In this document: one piece after another, positions 5,805-15,306 of the stretch | How the letters are laid out: the number at the start of each line of letters is the position of its first letter | Position numbering within the stretch: position 1 is the first letter of the stretch | Origin: an uncultured Clostridia bacterium | GTDB lineage: Bacteria > Bacillota > Clostridia > Christensenellales > Borkfalkiaceae | Length of the DNA: 64,000 bases | Reading direction: 5' to 3' | Assembly: GCA_947631465.1 (NCBI GenBank) | Contig: CANRLK010000003.1 | Coordinates: 701-64,700 of the forward strand | Program-made: the position numbers and the translations under genes | Notes under the pieces: generated by a model | What the model was told of the DNA's origin: nothing | The model's database searches: none | What the model saw: the letters and a program-made list of their open reading frames with translations, nothing else

Positions 5805-6062
5805 CTAATCGATCTTTTCCAGAACGAGCTTTGAAAAGTCGATATGTTCCATAAAATCGGACGGGCGAAAGACGACGTGGCGGAATTTCGCATAGTTGAA
5901 AATATGCGTTTTCAGAAGGACGGGCGTGGGGATGTCGAGCTTTTCGCAGATCCTTGTGAGGTATGAGAAAAACTCGGCGTAGGAGAAGGTCTCCTCGCAC
6001 GCGAAGGTGAACTGTTTTGCGATGTGTTCTCCGTGATAGACTTTTGCCCAAATGCGAAACAT
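5805..6062 (-). CDS. Hypothetical protein (85 aa)
   Basis: The start MFRIWAKVYHGEH is preferred because TGCTATAAT lies 6 nt upstream of it on the minus strand, indicating a leaderless mRNA. Confidence 0.5.
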   Translation of the reverse strand: MFRIWAKVYHGEHIAKQFTFACEETFSYAEFFSYLTRICEKLDIPTPVLLKTHIFNYAKFRHVVFRPSDFMEHIDFSKLVLEKID

Positions 6063-6156
6063 ACGGAAATTATAGCACACGACCCGATTTTTTGTAAAGC
6101 GTTTTGATAAAATGACGAAAATTTTCGGGCAAGCGGAATTTCGGTTGCAAAGGTAG

Positions 6157-6185
6157 TTGACAAAACCGCGGAAAAAGCATATAAT
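6157..6185 (+). promoter_or_regulatory. greA promoter
   Basis: TTGACA (6157-6162), a 17-nt spacer and TATAAT (6180-6185). Confidence 0.7.
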
Positions 6186-6290
6186 AGAGGCAAAAGCAGA
6201 GCAAAAAACCGTGATTTCGTTGAGAGATCACGGTCGTTTGTATAAATCAAAGGCGCAAAAGGTCAAGATCCGCGCCGAAAGGGGTTTTTT

Positions 6291-6758
6291 ATGGCAGATA
6301 AATTTGAAATGACACAGGAAGGCTACGAGGCGGCAAAACAGCAACTCGAATATCTTCAAACCGTGAAACGCAAGGAGATCGTGGAGCGCATCGCGGAGGC
6401 GAGAAGCCACGGCGACCTCTCCGAAAACGCCGAGTACGACGCGGCGCGCAACGAACAGGCGGCAAACGAGGGCGAGATCGCAGAACTCGAATACAAGGTC
6501 AAAAATGCCGTCATCATCGAAAAGACCGAGGACAATTCCATCGTCCATATCGGCTCGAAGGTCACGGTCAAGGACCTCGAATTCAACGAAGAGGAGATCT
6601 ACACCATCAAGGGGACGACGGAAGTCGATCCGATGAACAACGTCATCTCCAACGAATCGCCCGTGGGCGCGGCGCTTCTCGGGCACAAAAAGGGCGACAC
6701 GGTCACGATCAAAGCGCCCAACGGGGAGTATCAGCTCAAAATTTTGAAAATCAATTGA
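6291..6758 (+). CDS. greA: Transcription elongation factor GreA
   Basis: The N-terminal coiled coil contains DLSENAEYDAAR. The C-terminal region is an FKBP-like domain. Confidence 0.95.
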   Translation: MADKFEMTQEGYEAAKQQLEYLQTVKRKEIVERIAEARSHGDLSENAEYDAARNEQAANEGEIAELEYKVKNAVIIEKTEDNSIVHIGSKVTVKDLEFNEEEIYTIKGTTEVDPMNNVISNESPVGAALLGHKKGDTVTIKAPNGEYQLKILKIN

Positions 6759-6765
6759 GGATATC

Positions 6766-8262
6766 ATGGAAGAGAACAAGCAAACTCCCGAAAGCGAGGG
6801 CGAAAGCCTCGCGGAGCAAGCGCGCATCCGCCGCGAAAAACTTGCAAAACTCACAAATGAGGGGCATAATCCCTATGAGATCACCAAATTTCCCGTCAAT
6901 GCCCGTTCCAAGGAGATCAAGGACGGCTTCGAAGCGCTCGAAGGTAAGGAAGTCTTTGTCGCGGGCAGGCTCATGTCGCGGCGCGTCATGGGCAAAGCGT
7001 CCTTTTCGCACATCTCCGACCGCGACGGACAGCTCCAGATCTATGTCACGCGGCAGGACGTCGGCGAGGACGTCTACACCGCCTATAAAAAGGACTTCGA
7101 CATTGGCGACATTGTCGGCGTAAAGGGGTTCGTGTTCAAGACGCAGACGGGCGAAGTGACCATCCATGCGACGAGCCTTGAAATGCTCTCCAAGTCCCTG
7201 CTTCCCCTGCCCGAAAAGTATAACGGGCTTCAAAATGTCGATATGAAGTACCGCCTTCGCCACGTCGATCTCATCATGAACCAAGACGTGCGCGAGACGT
7301 TTTTCCGCCGCGCGAAGATCGTCAAGGCGATCCGCGACTTCTTGGACGAGCGCGGCTTTCTCGAAGCGGAGACGCCAATCCTGCTCCCGCTCGAAATCGG
7401 CGCGGATGCGCGTCCGTTCCGCACCCATCACAATGCGCTCGATCTCGACATGTACCTTCGCATCGAGACCGAACTGTATTTGAAGCGGCTCATCGTCGGC
7501 GGCTTCGAAAAAGTGTACGAGATGGGCAGGATCTTCCGCAACGAGGGCATGGACGCCAAGCACAATCCCGAGTTCACGACGGTCGAGATCTATCAAGCCT
7601 ATAAAGATTACCGCGAAGTCATGGATTTCGTCGAGGAAATGTACCGCTATATCGCCGAAAAGGCGTGCGGCACTTTGAAAGTGACCTACCAGGGCGTGGA
7701 GCTCGACTTCGGGCATTGGGAACGGCTGACGATGGTCGAGGCGGTCAAAAAATATTCGGGCGTCGACTTCGACCTCATCAAGACCGACGAAGAGGCGCAG
7801 GCGATCGCAAGGGAAAAGGGCGTGGAGATCGAGAAGGACAAGACGACCCGCGGGCACATCCTTGCGGAGTTCTTCGACGCGTTTGTCGAGGACAAGCTCA
7901 TCCAGCCCACTTTCATCTATGATTATCCCGTGGAGATCTCTCCGCTCGCCAAGCGCAAGCCGAGCGACCCCACGATGACCGAACGCTTTGAGTACTTCAT
8001 GATGGGCATGGAGATGGGCAACGCGTTCTCCGAGCTCAACGATCCGATCGATCAAAGGAAGCGCATGGAGGCGCAGGCGGCGAAGAAGCGGGCGCAGGGC
8101 GCGCACGCCGAAGTGGACGAGGATTTCCTCGACGCATTGGAACACGGCATGCCCCCGACGGGCGGGCTCGGGCTCGGCGTCGATCGGCTCGTCATGCTCT
8201 TGACCGACAGTTCTTCCATTCGGGACGTGTTGCTCTTCCCGACCATGAAGCCCAAAAAATAA
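6766..8262 (+). CDS. lysS: Lysine--tRNA ligase, class II
   Basis: It has an OB-fold N-terminus and the class II motifs (FRNEG, ERFEYFMMGMEMGNAFSELNDP, GLGLGVDRL). Confidence 0.97.
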   Translation: MEENKQTPESEGESLAEQARIRREKLAKLTNEGHNPYEITKFPVNARSKEIKDGFEALEGKEVFVAGRLMSRRVMGKASFSHISDRDGQLQIYVTRQDVGEDVYTAYKKDFDIGDIVGVKGFVFKTQTGEVTIHATSLEMLSKSLLPLPEKYNGLQNVDMKYRLRHVDLIMNQDVRETFFRRAKIVKAIRDFLDERGFLEAETPILLPLEIGADARPFRTHHNALDLDMYLRIETELYLKRLIVGGFEKVYEMGRIFRNEGMDAKHNPEFTTVEIYQAYKDYREVMDFVEEMYRYIAEKACGTLKVTYQGVELDFGHWERLTMVEAVKKYSGVDFDLIKTDEEAQAIAREKGVEIEKDKTTRGHILAEFFDAFVEDKLIQPTFIYDYPVEISPLAKRKPSDPTMTERFEYFMMGMEMGNAFSELNDPIDQRKRMEAQAAKKRAQGAHAEVDEDFLDALEHGMPPTGGLGLGVDRLVMLLTDSSSIRDVLLFPTMKPKK

Positions 8263-8343
8263 GGAAAAAGCGGACACGGGTCGCGTTTTTTGCGCGCGAA
8301 GAGGAATTTTTTGCGGCAAAACGCGCAAAAGGGCAAGGGAGAT

Positions 8344-9387
8344 ATGGAAAACCGCATTGCCGAAATGCTGAAAGCGCAAAAGAGGAGACATATCTCCTTT
8401 CATACGCCCGGGCACAAGCGTCCGGGTGCGGACATCACCGAGCTCTCGTATTCGGACAATCTCGCCTCGCCCAAGGGGGTTCTTTCTCTCGCGGAGCGGG
8501 AGGTTGCCGAGATCTTGGGCGCGGATAAAAGCTTTCTTCTGACGGACGGGAGCACGTCGGGCGTGCTCTCCATGATCTATGCGTTCCGCCTTGCGGGCGG
8601 GAAAAAGCTCGCCCTGCCCGTCTTTTCGCACGGGAGCGCCCTGCACGCCTGCAAAGCGCTCGGCGTATCGCCCGTTTGGATCTTTTCAAAGACCTCGTTC
8701 GGCATTCCCGAACAGCCGTCGGAGAAAGAGATCGAAAAAGCCTTGCAGCAGGCGGACGGGCTCTTTTTGACTTCGCCCGACTATTACGGATTCTTAGCGC
8801 CGCTTTCCTTTGCCAAGGAGCTTTGCAAAGAAGCGGGAAAGCCGCTGCTCGTGGACGGCGCGCACGGGGGACACCTGCATTTTACAAACGATCATGCGGG
8901 GAAATTCGCCGACCTTTGGGTGGACGGCGTGCATAAGTCCCTGCCCGCGCTCACGCAGGGCGCGGTCGTCTCGGCAAAGGGGGAATGGGTGCAACGGCTT
9001 CAAACCGCCGTCAAGACCTTCCGCACGACCTCGCCGTCCTATCCCATCCTTGCAAGCGTCGAAGCCGCGGTCAAATTCCCGCGGAATTTGAAGATCGAGA
9101 CGCTGGCGAACGAGTTCAAAAAACAATACGGGTGCGTAAAAAACGACGATTGGACGAAGGTTCTCGTTCCGTTCGGCGCTTGCGCGCGCGACGCTTCCGA
9201 AATGCTCGAAAAGAAGGGCATTTATGCGGAATTTTGCGACGGGAATTATCTTCTCTTCTATTTATCCCCCTGCACGAAGCCGAAGGAGCTCAAAATTTTG
9301 GGGAGAGAACTTTGCCGCTTGCCGCGGGGGAAGGTCGAAAGGGACGCGCCCTGCGGGGAGATCCCCATGTATGACGAGGGAACATGA
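8344..9387 (+). CDS. Orn/Lys/Arg decarboxylase-family PLP enzyme (short form, major domain only)
   Basis: It carries FHTPGHK and HKSLPALTQG (the PLP lysine). It sits upstream of holB, as yaaO does in Bacillus. The ATG at 8344 follows the SD AAGGGAG. Confidence 0.8.
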   Translation: MENRIAEMLKAQKRRHISFHTPGHKRPGADITELSYSDNLASPKGVLSLAEREVAEILGADKSFLLTDGSTSGVLSMIYAFRLAGGKKLALPVFSHGSALHACKALGVSPVWIFSKTSFGIPEQPSEKEIEKALQQADGLFLTSPDYYGFLAPLSFAKELCKEAGKPLLVDGAHGGHLHFTNDHAGKFADLWVDGVHKSLPALTQGAVVSAKGEWVQRLQTAVKTFRTTSPSYPILASVEAAVKFPRNLKIETLANEFKKQYGCVKNDDWTKVLVPFGACARDASEMLEKKGIYAEFCDGNYLLFYLSPCTKPKELKILGRELCRLPRGKVERDAPCGEIPMYDEGT

Positions 9388-10334
9388 AACAGCTATTTTC
9401 CAAAACGACGCTATGCCGCGCGATCGCAGCCGACCCCGGGGGGACGTTCTCGCAGACGGTGCTCGTCCTGTTTTCGGACAAGCAAAATCTGCGCCCGCTT
9501 CTCAAAGAGTGTGCGAGGCTGTTTTTCGGCGCGAAAGAGGGTTCGCGCACGGGCGATCTCGTCGAGAAAGAGTGGTATCCCGACCTTTTGATCTTTCCCG
9601 AGCCCGAGAAAAAGCTCTCCGCGGAGCACTGCGAAAAGATCGTGGAAGAGAGCCTGCTCCATCCCGTCGAGGGGGAGAAGAAGCTGTTCGTGCTCGACAA
9701 CTTCGATGACGCGACCCCGCTCCTTCAAAATAAACTGTTAAAACTCTTGGAAGAGCCGCCCGAGAACGTGTATTTTCTCTTGGGCGCGGAGAGCGAATAT
9801 GCGGTGCTGCCCACCGTGCTTTCGCGGGTGAAGAAGTTCTCCGTCCCGCCCTTTGCGGAAGAGGAGATCGAAGGCGCGCTCAAACGAAAATATCAAGGGA
9901 CTGAATATTCGAAGGAAGAATTTTCGCTTGCGGCGTCGGCGAGCGGGGGAGTTTTCTCGATCGCGGAGAAATTGCTGCTCGGCGGCGGGGAAGAACATCG
10001 GCTCGCGCAGACGTTCCTGCTCGGGGAGAACATCGAAAGTTTTTGCCGCGGCATGGACAAATATCAAAACAAGAGCGAATTTTTCGCGGCATTGAAGTCC
10101 CTGCTCCGCGACGTGATCTTTGTGCGGGCGGGAGAGGGTAAATTTGCCGACCGAAGGGAAGCGGAGCTTTCCGCGCTTTCGCGGGAGTTCGAAGCGGGAG
10201 CTGCGATCGCTTGCATGGAGCGCGTGTTCGAAGCGGAGAAGCAGGTGCGGTTCAATGCCAATTTTTCAAGCTGCCTGTACGCGCTCGCGCTCGGCATCAA
10301 GGAGGAAAAGGAAACATGGAAAAGGTTGTCGTGA
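9384..10334 (+). CDS. holB: DNA polymerase III delta-prime subunit (degenerate P-loop)
   Basis: The clamp-loader box LLKLLEEPPENVYFLL and LSRV are present. An ATGA overlap links it to the upstream gene. Confidence 0.8.
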   Translation: MKQLFSKTTLCRAIAADPGGTFSQTVLVLFSDKQNLRPLLKECARLFFGAKEGSRTGDLVEKEWYPDLLIFPEPEKKLSAEHCEKIVEESLLHPVEGEKKLFVLDNFDDATPLLQNKLLKLLEEPPENVYFLLGAESEYAVLPTVLSRVKKFSVPPFAEEEIEGALKRKYQGTEYSKEEFSLAASASGGVFSIAEKLLLGGGEEHRLAQTFLLGENIESFCRGMDKYQNKSEFFAALKSLLRDVIFVRAGEGKFADRREAELSALSREFEAGAAIACMERVFEAEKQVRFNANFSSCLYALALGIKEEKETWKRLS

Positions 10335-11170
10335 TCAAATTCCGCAACAACTGTAAGCCCTATTATTTCAGCAAGGGAAACCTTGACTTAAAGCGCGGGC
10401 AGGGGGTGGTCGTGGAGACGTCGCGCGGGCTCGAATACGGGACGGTCTTAGATCCCGAACGCGAGGTCGAGACCCCCGCCCAGCCGCTCAAACCCGTCCT
10501 TCGCATCGCGACCGAAAAGGACGAGGAGACGGTGAAAACCAATCTTGCAAAGCGCGGGGACGCGATGAAGATCTTCAAGGAGAAGGCGGCGGCGCGCGGG
10601 CTCGAAATGAAGCTCATCGACTGCGAATTTACCTTCGACGGGAGCAAGGTCATCTTTTATTTCTCCGCAGAGGGGAGAGTGGACTTCCGCGAGCTTGTCA
10701 AGGACCTTGCGTCGGTGTTCCGCATTCGGATCGAACTGAGGCAGGTCGGTATCCGCGACGAGACGAGGATCTTGGGCGGCATCGCCCCCTGCGGCAGGGA
10801 GTGCTGCTGTTCGGGCTGTATGCCCGAGTTCAAAAAGGTCGGCATCAAAATGGCAAAGACGCAGGGGCTTTCGCTCAATCCAGGCAAGATCAGCGGACTT
10901 TGCGGAAGATTGATGTGCTGCCTCGCCTATGAGAACGACTACTACGCGCAGGTCTATAAGAAGATGCCCAAGATCGGCGGCAGCGTCACGACCCCCGAGG
11001 GGCACGGCACGGTCGTGACGACGAACATGCTCAATATGACCGTCCGCGTCAAGATCGAAAAGGACGGAAGCCTGTTCTACCGCGATTTTCCCGTGGGCGA
11101 GCTGACCTTCCGCCGCGGGCAGGACAAGCCCGAAAAGGACGACGACAGCGACAAACTCCCCGAGGAGTGA
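10316..11170 (+). CDS. ricT: PSP1-domain protein RicT/YaaT
   Basis: It contains KFRNNCKPYYF...GLEYG and the Cys cluster CGRECCCSGC/LCGRLMCCL. The SD GGAGGAAAAGG lies upstream. The tracked ORF 10211-11170 is an in-frame upstream extension. Confidence 0.9.
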   Translation: MEKVVVIKFRNNCKPYYFSKGNLDLKRGQGVVVETSRGLEYGTVLDPEREVETPAQPLKPVLRIATEKDEETVKTNLAKRGDAMKIFKEKAAARGLEMKLIDCEFTFDGSKVIFYFSAEGRVDFRELVKDLASVFRIRIELRQVGIRDETRILGGIAPCGRECCCSGCMPEFKKVGIKMAKTQGLSLNPGKISGLCGRLMCCLAYENDYYAQVYKKMPKIGGSVTTPEGHGTVVTTNMLNMTVRVKIEKDGSLFYRDFPVGELTFRRGQDKPEKDDDSDKLPEE

Positions 11171-11252
11171 AAAAACTTTTCGAAAATCCCTTTACGAAAC
11201 AATAAAGTTGTGATATAATACGGTTCAAGAAGAATTTATTGGAGGTGTCACA

Positions 11253-11423
11253 ATGGCTCACAAGATCTCGGACGCCTGCGTATCCTGCGGCGCGTGTGCG
11301 GATACTTGCCCCGTCGGTGCGATCTCTGCGGGAGATACGACGTATGTCGTAGACCCCGACGTCTGCATCGACTGCGGCGCTTGCGAGGACGGCTGCCCCA
11401 CGGGCGCGATCAAAGCGGAATAA
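11253..11423 (+). CDS. 2x[4Fe-4S] ferredoxin (56 aa; not in the ORF track)
   Basis: It translates as MAHKISDACVSCGACADTCPVGAISAGDTTYVVDPDVCIDCGACEDGCPTGAIKAE, with two CxxCxxCxxxCP motifs. The SD GGAGGTG is present. Its own promoter is TTTACG-17-TATAAT. Confidence 0.9.
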   Translation: MAHKISDACVSCGACADTCPVGAISAGDTTYVVDPDVCIDCGACEDGCPTGAIKAE

Positions 11424-11436
11424 CGGTAACAGCGAG

Positions 11437-11467
11437 AAAGGCGCGGAGTAGTTCCGCGCCTTTTTCC
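11437..11467 (+). terminator. Intrinsic terminator after the ferredoxin gene
   Basis: AAAGGCGCGGA-gtagt-TCCGCGCCTTT is followed by a T run. Confidence 0.85.
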
Positions 11468-11481
11468 GAAAGTGAGGGGTT

Positions 11482-12147
11482 ATGGAAGTCAAAGAGAGCC
11501 TGCTCATCGGCGGCTATCAAATCATACAGGACACCGAAAAATACCGCTTTACGTCCGACTCCGTTTTGCTTGCGCGCTTTCTCTCCGCAAAGAAGGGGGA
11601 GCGCGTCGCCGACTTTTGCGCGGGGAGCGGGATCGTCGGACTGCATTTCTTTGCGGAGAACAAAGGGGTCGAAAAGGTCGTCTTTTTCGAAATGCAGGAA
11701 GAGCTCGCAAGCATGAGCGCGCGCACGGTCGCGCTCAACGGGCTCGAAGGGAAGATCTTCGTCGAAAACGTCCGCCTTCAAGAGATCCCCGCATGCTATA
11801 CCGAATATTTTTCGCTCATTCTTTGCAATCCCCCCTACGAACGGGACGGATTCCAAAACGCGGATGAGGACAAGGCAGTCTGCAAGAAGGAGCTCTCGCT
11901 GACCCTCGAAGAGACGGTCGCCGCCGCAAAGCGGTGTCTTAAATACGGCGGGCGGTTCGCCCTCGTCCAGCGCGCGGACAGAACGGCGGAGACGATCTTT
12001 GCCCTGAAAAATGCGGGGCTCGAACCCAAGAAACTGCAATTTGTCGCGGGCAAGGCGGGCGCAAAGCCCTATGCCGTGCTCCTTGCCGCCGTCAAGGGCG
12101 GGAAGGTCGGGCTCGACGTGCTGCCGACGCTCGTCAATGCAAAATAA
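11482..12147 (+). CDS. Class I SAM-dependent N6-adenine methyltransferase (YabB/TrmN6-like)
   Basis: It has the motif I sequence DFCAGSGIVG and the catalytic NPPY (CNPPYE). Its position matches Bacillus yabB. Confidence 0.8.
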   Translation: MEVKESLLIGGYQIIQDTEKYRFTSDSVLLARFLSAKKGERVADFCAGSGIVGLHFFAENKGVEKVVFFEMQEELASMSARTVALNGLEGKIFVENVRLQEIPACYTEYFSLILCNPPYERDGFQNADEDKAVCKKELSLTLEETVAAAKRCLKYGGRFALVQRADRTAETIFALKNAGLEPKKLQFVAGKAGAKPYAVLLAAVKGGKVGLDVLPTLVNAK

Positions 12148-12156
12148 AGGAGAGTT

Positions 12157-12975
12157 ATGGTCTATTTCGTCGCAACGCCGATCGGGAATTTGAAGGACAT
12201 CACCCTTCGCGCCTTGGAAACGCTGAAAAACGCGGACGTCATCTTTTGCGAGGACACCCGCCATACCCTCAAACTGCTTTCCGCCTACGGGATCAAAAAG
12301 CCCCTCCGCGCCTGCCATAAGTTCAACGAACGCGAGGCGGCGGAAAAGATCGCGGCTTGTTCCAAAGAGGGCAAGACCGTCGCCGTCGTCTCGGACGCGG
12401 GCATGCCCGCGATCTCCGACCCGGGACAGCTCGTCGCAAAGTATTTGAAAGAGGCAGGCGAGCCGTTTACCGTCCTTCCAGGCGCATGCGCCTTTGTCAG
12501 CGCGCTCGTCCTCTCCGCAATGCCCTCGGACGGCTTCCTGTTCGCGGGATTTCTGCCCGACAAACAAAAGGAGCGCAAAGAGCTCCTCGAAAGTTTGAAG
12601 GGGTATCCCAAGACCCTCATCTTCTATTCCGCGCCGCAGGACGTGGACAAGGACATTGCCGATCTTTACGGGATTTTCGGGGAGCGCCGTGCCTGCGCCG
12701 TCCGCGAGATCACGAAGATCTATGAGGAGAGCATTCCGTTTTCGCTCTCCGAAGGACTCAAAGGAGAAAAGCGCGGGGAGTACGTCTTGCTCGTCGAAGG
12801 AGATGAAAAGACCAGCCCGCTCAATGCGCTTTCGCCCAAAGAACATGTACAAAAGTATTTGGATGAGGGACTGAGCAAGATGGACGCGCTTAAACGCGCC
12901 GCAAAAGACAGGGGCGTGTCAAAGAGTTCGCTCTATCATGAGCTGCTCGATACGGCAGATCCCGAGGAAAAATAG
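12157..12975 (+). CDS. rsmI: 16S rRNA (cytidine1402-2'-O)-methyltransferase
   Basis: The sequence YFVATPIGNLKDITLRALETLKNADVIFCEDTRHT is diagnostic. Confidence 0.95.
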   Translation: MVYFVATPIGNLKDITLRALETLKNADVIFCEDTRHTLKLLSAYGIKKPLRACHKFNEREAAEKIAACSKEGKTVAVVSDAGMPAISDPGQLVAKYLKEAGEPFTVLPGACAFVSALVLSAMPSDGFLFAGFLPDKQKERKELLESLKGYPKTLIFYSAPQDVDKDIADLYGIFGERRACAVREITKIYEESIPFSLSEGLKGEKRGEYVLLVEGDEKTSPLNALSPKEHVQKYLDEGLSKMDALKRAAKDRGVSKSSLYHELLDTADPEEK

Positions 12976-13069
12976 GACAAGATGTCAAAACGCGTCGTTA
13001 TTTCACAATTTTGCGAAAAATGTGCGTTGTCCCCTTGTCAACCCCAAAAATTTGTAGTATAATAGGCAT

Positions 13070-14536
13070 ATGTTATCGGAGTACAGTGAAAAGATCGGAG
13101 CGAGCCGCACGGCGATGTTGATCGGCAAGTTCCTACATTCGGTCTATTTCATCGCCCTGATCGTCGGGCTCATGGTCTGTTCCAACCTCTTCGGCTGGGA
13201 GCTGCCCGTCTTTTACCTGTACCTTTTGCTCGGCATTTTGATCGTCCTCTTCGACAACGATTTGAAGGGTCTCATTCCCATCGTCCTCTGCTGCTATATG
13301 ACGATCTCTTATGAGAACAACCCCGCCATGAACGTCGGGACGTCCCGTTTTTACGACCCCGCCTTTCTGACGCAGATCATCGTCATCGCCTCGGCGGCGG
13401 TCGTTCTGATCGTCGCGCGGCTTGTGACGGTCATAAGGCGCAGCGAAAAGAAACCTCTTCCAAAACTCGTGTTCGGGTTCGGCGCGCTCGGGCTTGCCAT
13501 GGTCCTCGGCGGGCTGTTCAGTCCCTATTACAGCTTGAAAACCGTCTGCTTCGGCTTGGTCGTGTTCGCTTCGCTTTGCGCGCTCTACTTTATCTTCTAC
13601 TACGGCGTAAACTACCGCAGTTTGGACAAGCGGTATTGGGCGATCGTGTTCACGGCGATCGGCTGCGGGCTCTTGTTCGAATTGCTCGGCATGTATATTA
13701 AGTCGGGCATGCTCTTCTCGGGCGGCGAGGTCATCGACCGCGGCGTGCTACAAACGGGTTGGGGCATGTACAACAACGTCGGATGTATCATCGCCATGAG
13801 CTTGGCGGGTGCCGTCTACCTTGCCTATACCGAAAAGTTCGGCTGGGTCTTTACCATTCTCTCGGTCGTGCTGTTTGCGGGGCTCGTCATGACCCAGAGC
13901 CGCAGCTCCATTTTGTTCGGCGCGGCGGTCTATTTGGCGGCGCTCGTCATCCTGCTCGTCAAGTGCAAAAAGTCCGAACGCTTAAAGCACGGGCTCGTGC
14001 TGTGCGTCTCGCTTTTAGTTGCGCTCATTCTCGTCATGTCGCTTTGGGAGAAGTTCTACATTCTCTTTTACAGCCTGCTTGCGCGCACCTTCGACGGAGA
14101 AGTCGTCAACGGCAGGACGGAGATCTACAAACAGGCGATCGAGCACTTCAAACTCAACCCGTTCTTCGGCGTGGGATTTTACCAATGCACCGCGTTCCGC
14201 TGGGGGGAACTGCCCAAGGACGCATTCCTGCCGCCCCGCTATCACAACACGATCTTGCAGATGCTCGCCTCGTGCGGGATCTTCGGACTCGTTTGTTATG
14301 CGTTGCACCGTTTTGAAACGGTCGTGCTGTTCTTGCGCCGCCCGTCCATGACCAAAACGTTCATTGCGCTGAGTATTCTTCCTTTCCTGCTCACGAGCCT
14401 GTTCGAATGCCACTTTTTCAGTTTCGGACCTGCGCTGTTCTATGCCGTTCTCCTCGCGCTTGCCGAGGGCTCGGAAGCGCGCATTGCCAAGCCGCCGAAA
14501 AAGACGGAAGCCGTAAAAGTGATAACGGGCGAATAA
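13070..14536 (+). CDS. O-antigen ligase/Wzy-like polytopic membrane protein
   Basis: It has about 12 TM segments and a Wzy_C-like loop (MTQSRSSILFGAAVYL). TTGTCA-17-TATAAT ends 6 nt before the ATG, with no SD. Confidence 0.7.
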   Translation: MLSEYSEKIGASRTAMLIGKFLHSVYFIALIVGLMVCSNLFGWELPVFYLYLLLGILIVLFDNDLKGLIPIVLCCYMTISYENNPAMNVGTSRFYDPAFLTQIIVIASAAVVLIVARLVTVIRRSEKKPLPKLVFGFGALGLAMVLGGLFSPYYSLKTVCFGLVVFASLCALYFIFYYGVNYRSLDKRYWAIVFTAIGCGLLFELLGMYIKSGMLFSGGEVIDRGVLQTGWGMYNNVGCIIAMSLAGAVYLAYTEKFGWVFTILSVVLFAGLVMTQSRSSILFGAAVYLAALVILLVKCKKSERLKHGLVLCVSLLVALILVMSLWEKFYILFYSLLARTFDGEVVNGRTEIYKQAIEHFKLNPFFGVGFYQCTAFRWGELPKDAFLPPRYHNTILQMLASCGIFGLVCYALHRFETVVLFLRRPSMTKTFIALSILPFLLTSLFECHFFSFGPALFYAVLLALAEGSEARIAKPPKKTEAVKVITGE

Positions 14537-14559
14537 TTACGACCTTTGATCGAAAAGCA

Positions 14560-14596
14560 GAAAGCTCCTTTGAAAGATTCAAAGGAGCTTTCTTTA
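14560..14596 (+). terminator. Intrinsic terminator
   Basis: GAAAGCTCCTTTGA-loop-TCAAAGGAGCTTTC forms a 14-bp stem. It is followed by TTT. Confidence 0.85.
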
Positions 14597-14784
14597 TGAT
14601 AAGGGGGAAAATTATGAGCACATTTCAAACCATATCTCTCGCGTTTCCGTCCCATATTATAAGAAATTTTTTCGCGATTGTAAACAACATTTTGAAATGT
14701 TTTTGAAAAAATTTTTTTCATATATATTTTTACAAAAAATGACACAAATTTTCACATTTTTTCAATCGATTGGTGAATAAAAGA

Positions 14785-15306
14785 TCAAAGCACGCGGCAA
14801 AGCAGGCAGCCGAGGACGACGGCGAGGAAGTTGGAGAGCAGGGAGATCGCGGCGGGCAGGAAGAGGCGTTTTTTCTTGGCGGACGAAAAATAGACGGCGG
14901 AAATGTAGAACACCGTCTCGCTCGAACCGTAGGCGACGCAGGCGCAGCGGGCGATGTAGCTGTCCGCGCCATAGGCGGAGAGCAGTTCGCTAAGAAGCGC
15001 GGTCGAGCCGCTGCCCGAGAAGGGCTTCAATAAGACCAGCTTGGTGATCTCCGCGGGAATGCCAAGCGCGGAAAAGACGGGCGCAAGCATGCGAGTGAGC
15101 GCGCTCGAAAGTCCGCTTTGTTCGAAGAGCTCGGAGAGCATCAAAATCGCGGCGAGATAGGGGAAGAGGGACACGGCGAGGGGGATCGCCTCTTTCACGC
15201 CCGCCGTGAAACTGTCGTAGAGTTTGACCTTTTTGCAAAGCGCATAGACAAAGACCGCGACGAAGAGCAGGGGAACGAGCAGGGCGGCGATGCGGGAGAG
15301 GGTCAT
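14785..15306 (-). CDS. spmB: Spore maturation protein B
   Basis: MTLSRIAALLVPLL... is a nucleoside-recognition/Gate-type membrane protein. It overlaps spmA by 4 nt. The tracked ORF 14785-15735 is an upstream extension through spmA. Confidence 0.85.
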   Translation of the reverse strand: MTLSRIAALLVPLLFVAVFVYALCKKVKLYDSFTAGVKEAIPLAVSLFPYLAAILMLSELFEQSGLSSALTRMLAPVFSALGIPAEITKLVLLKPFSGSGSTALLSELLSAYGADSYIARCACVAYGSSETVFYISAVYFSSAKKKRLFLPAAISLLSNFLAVVLGCLLCRVL

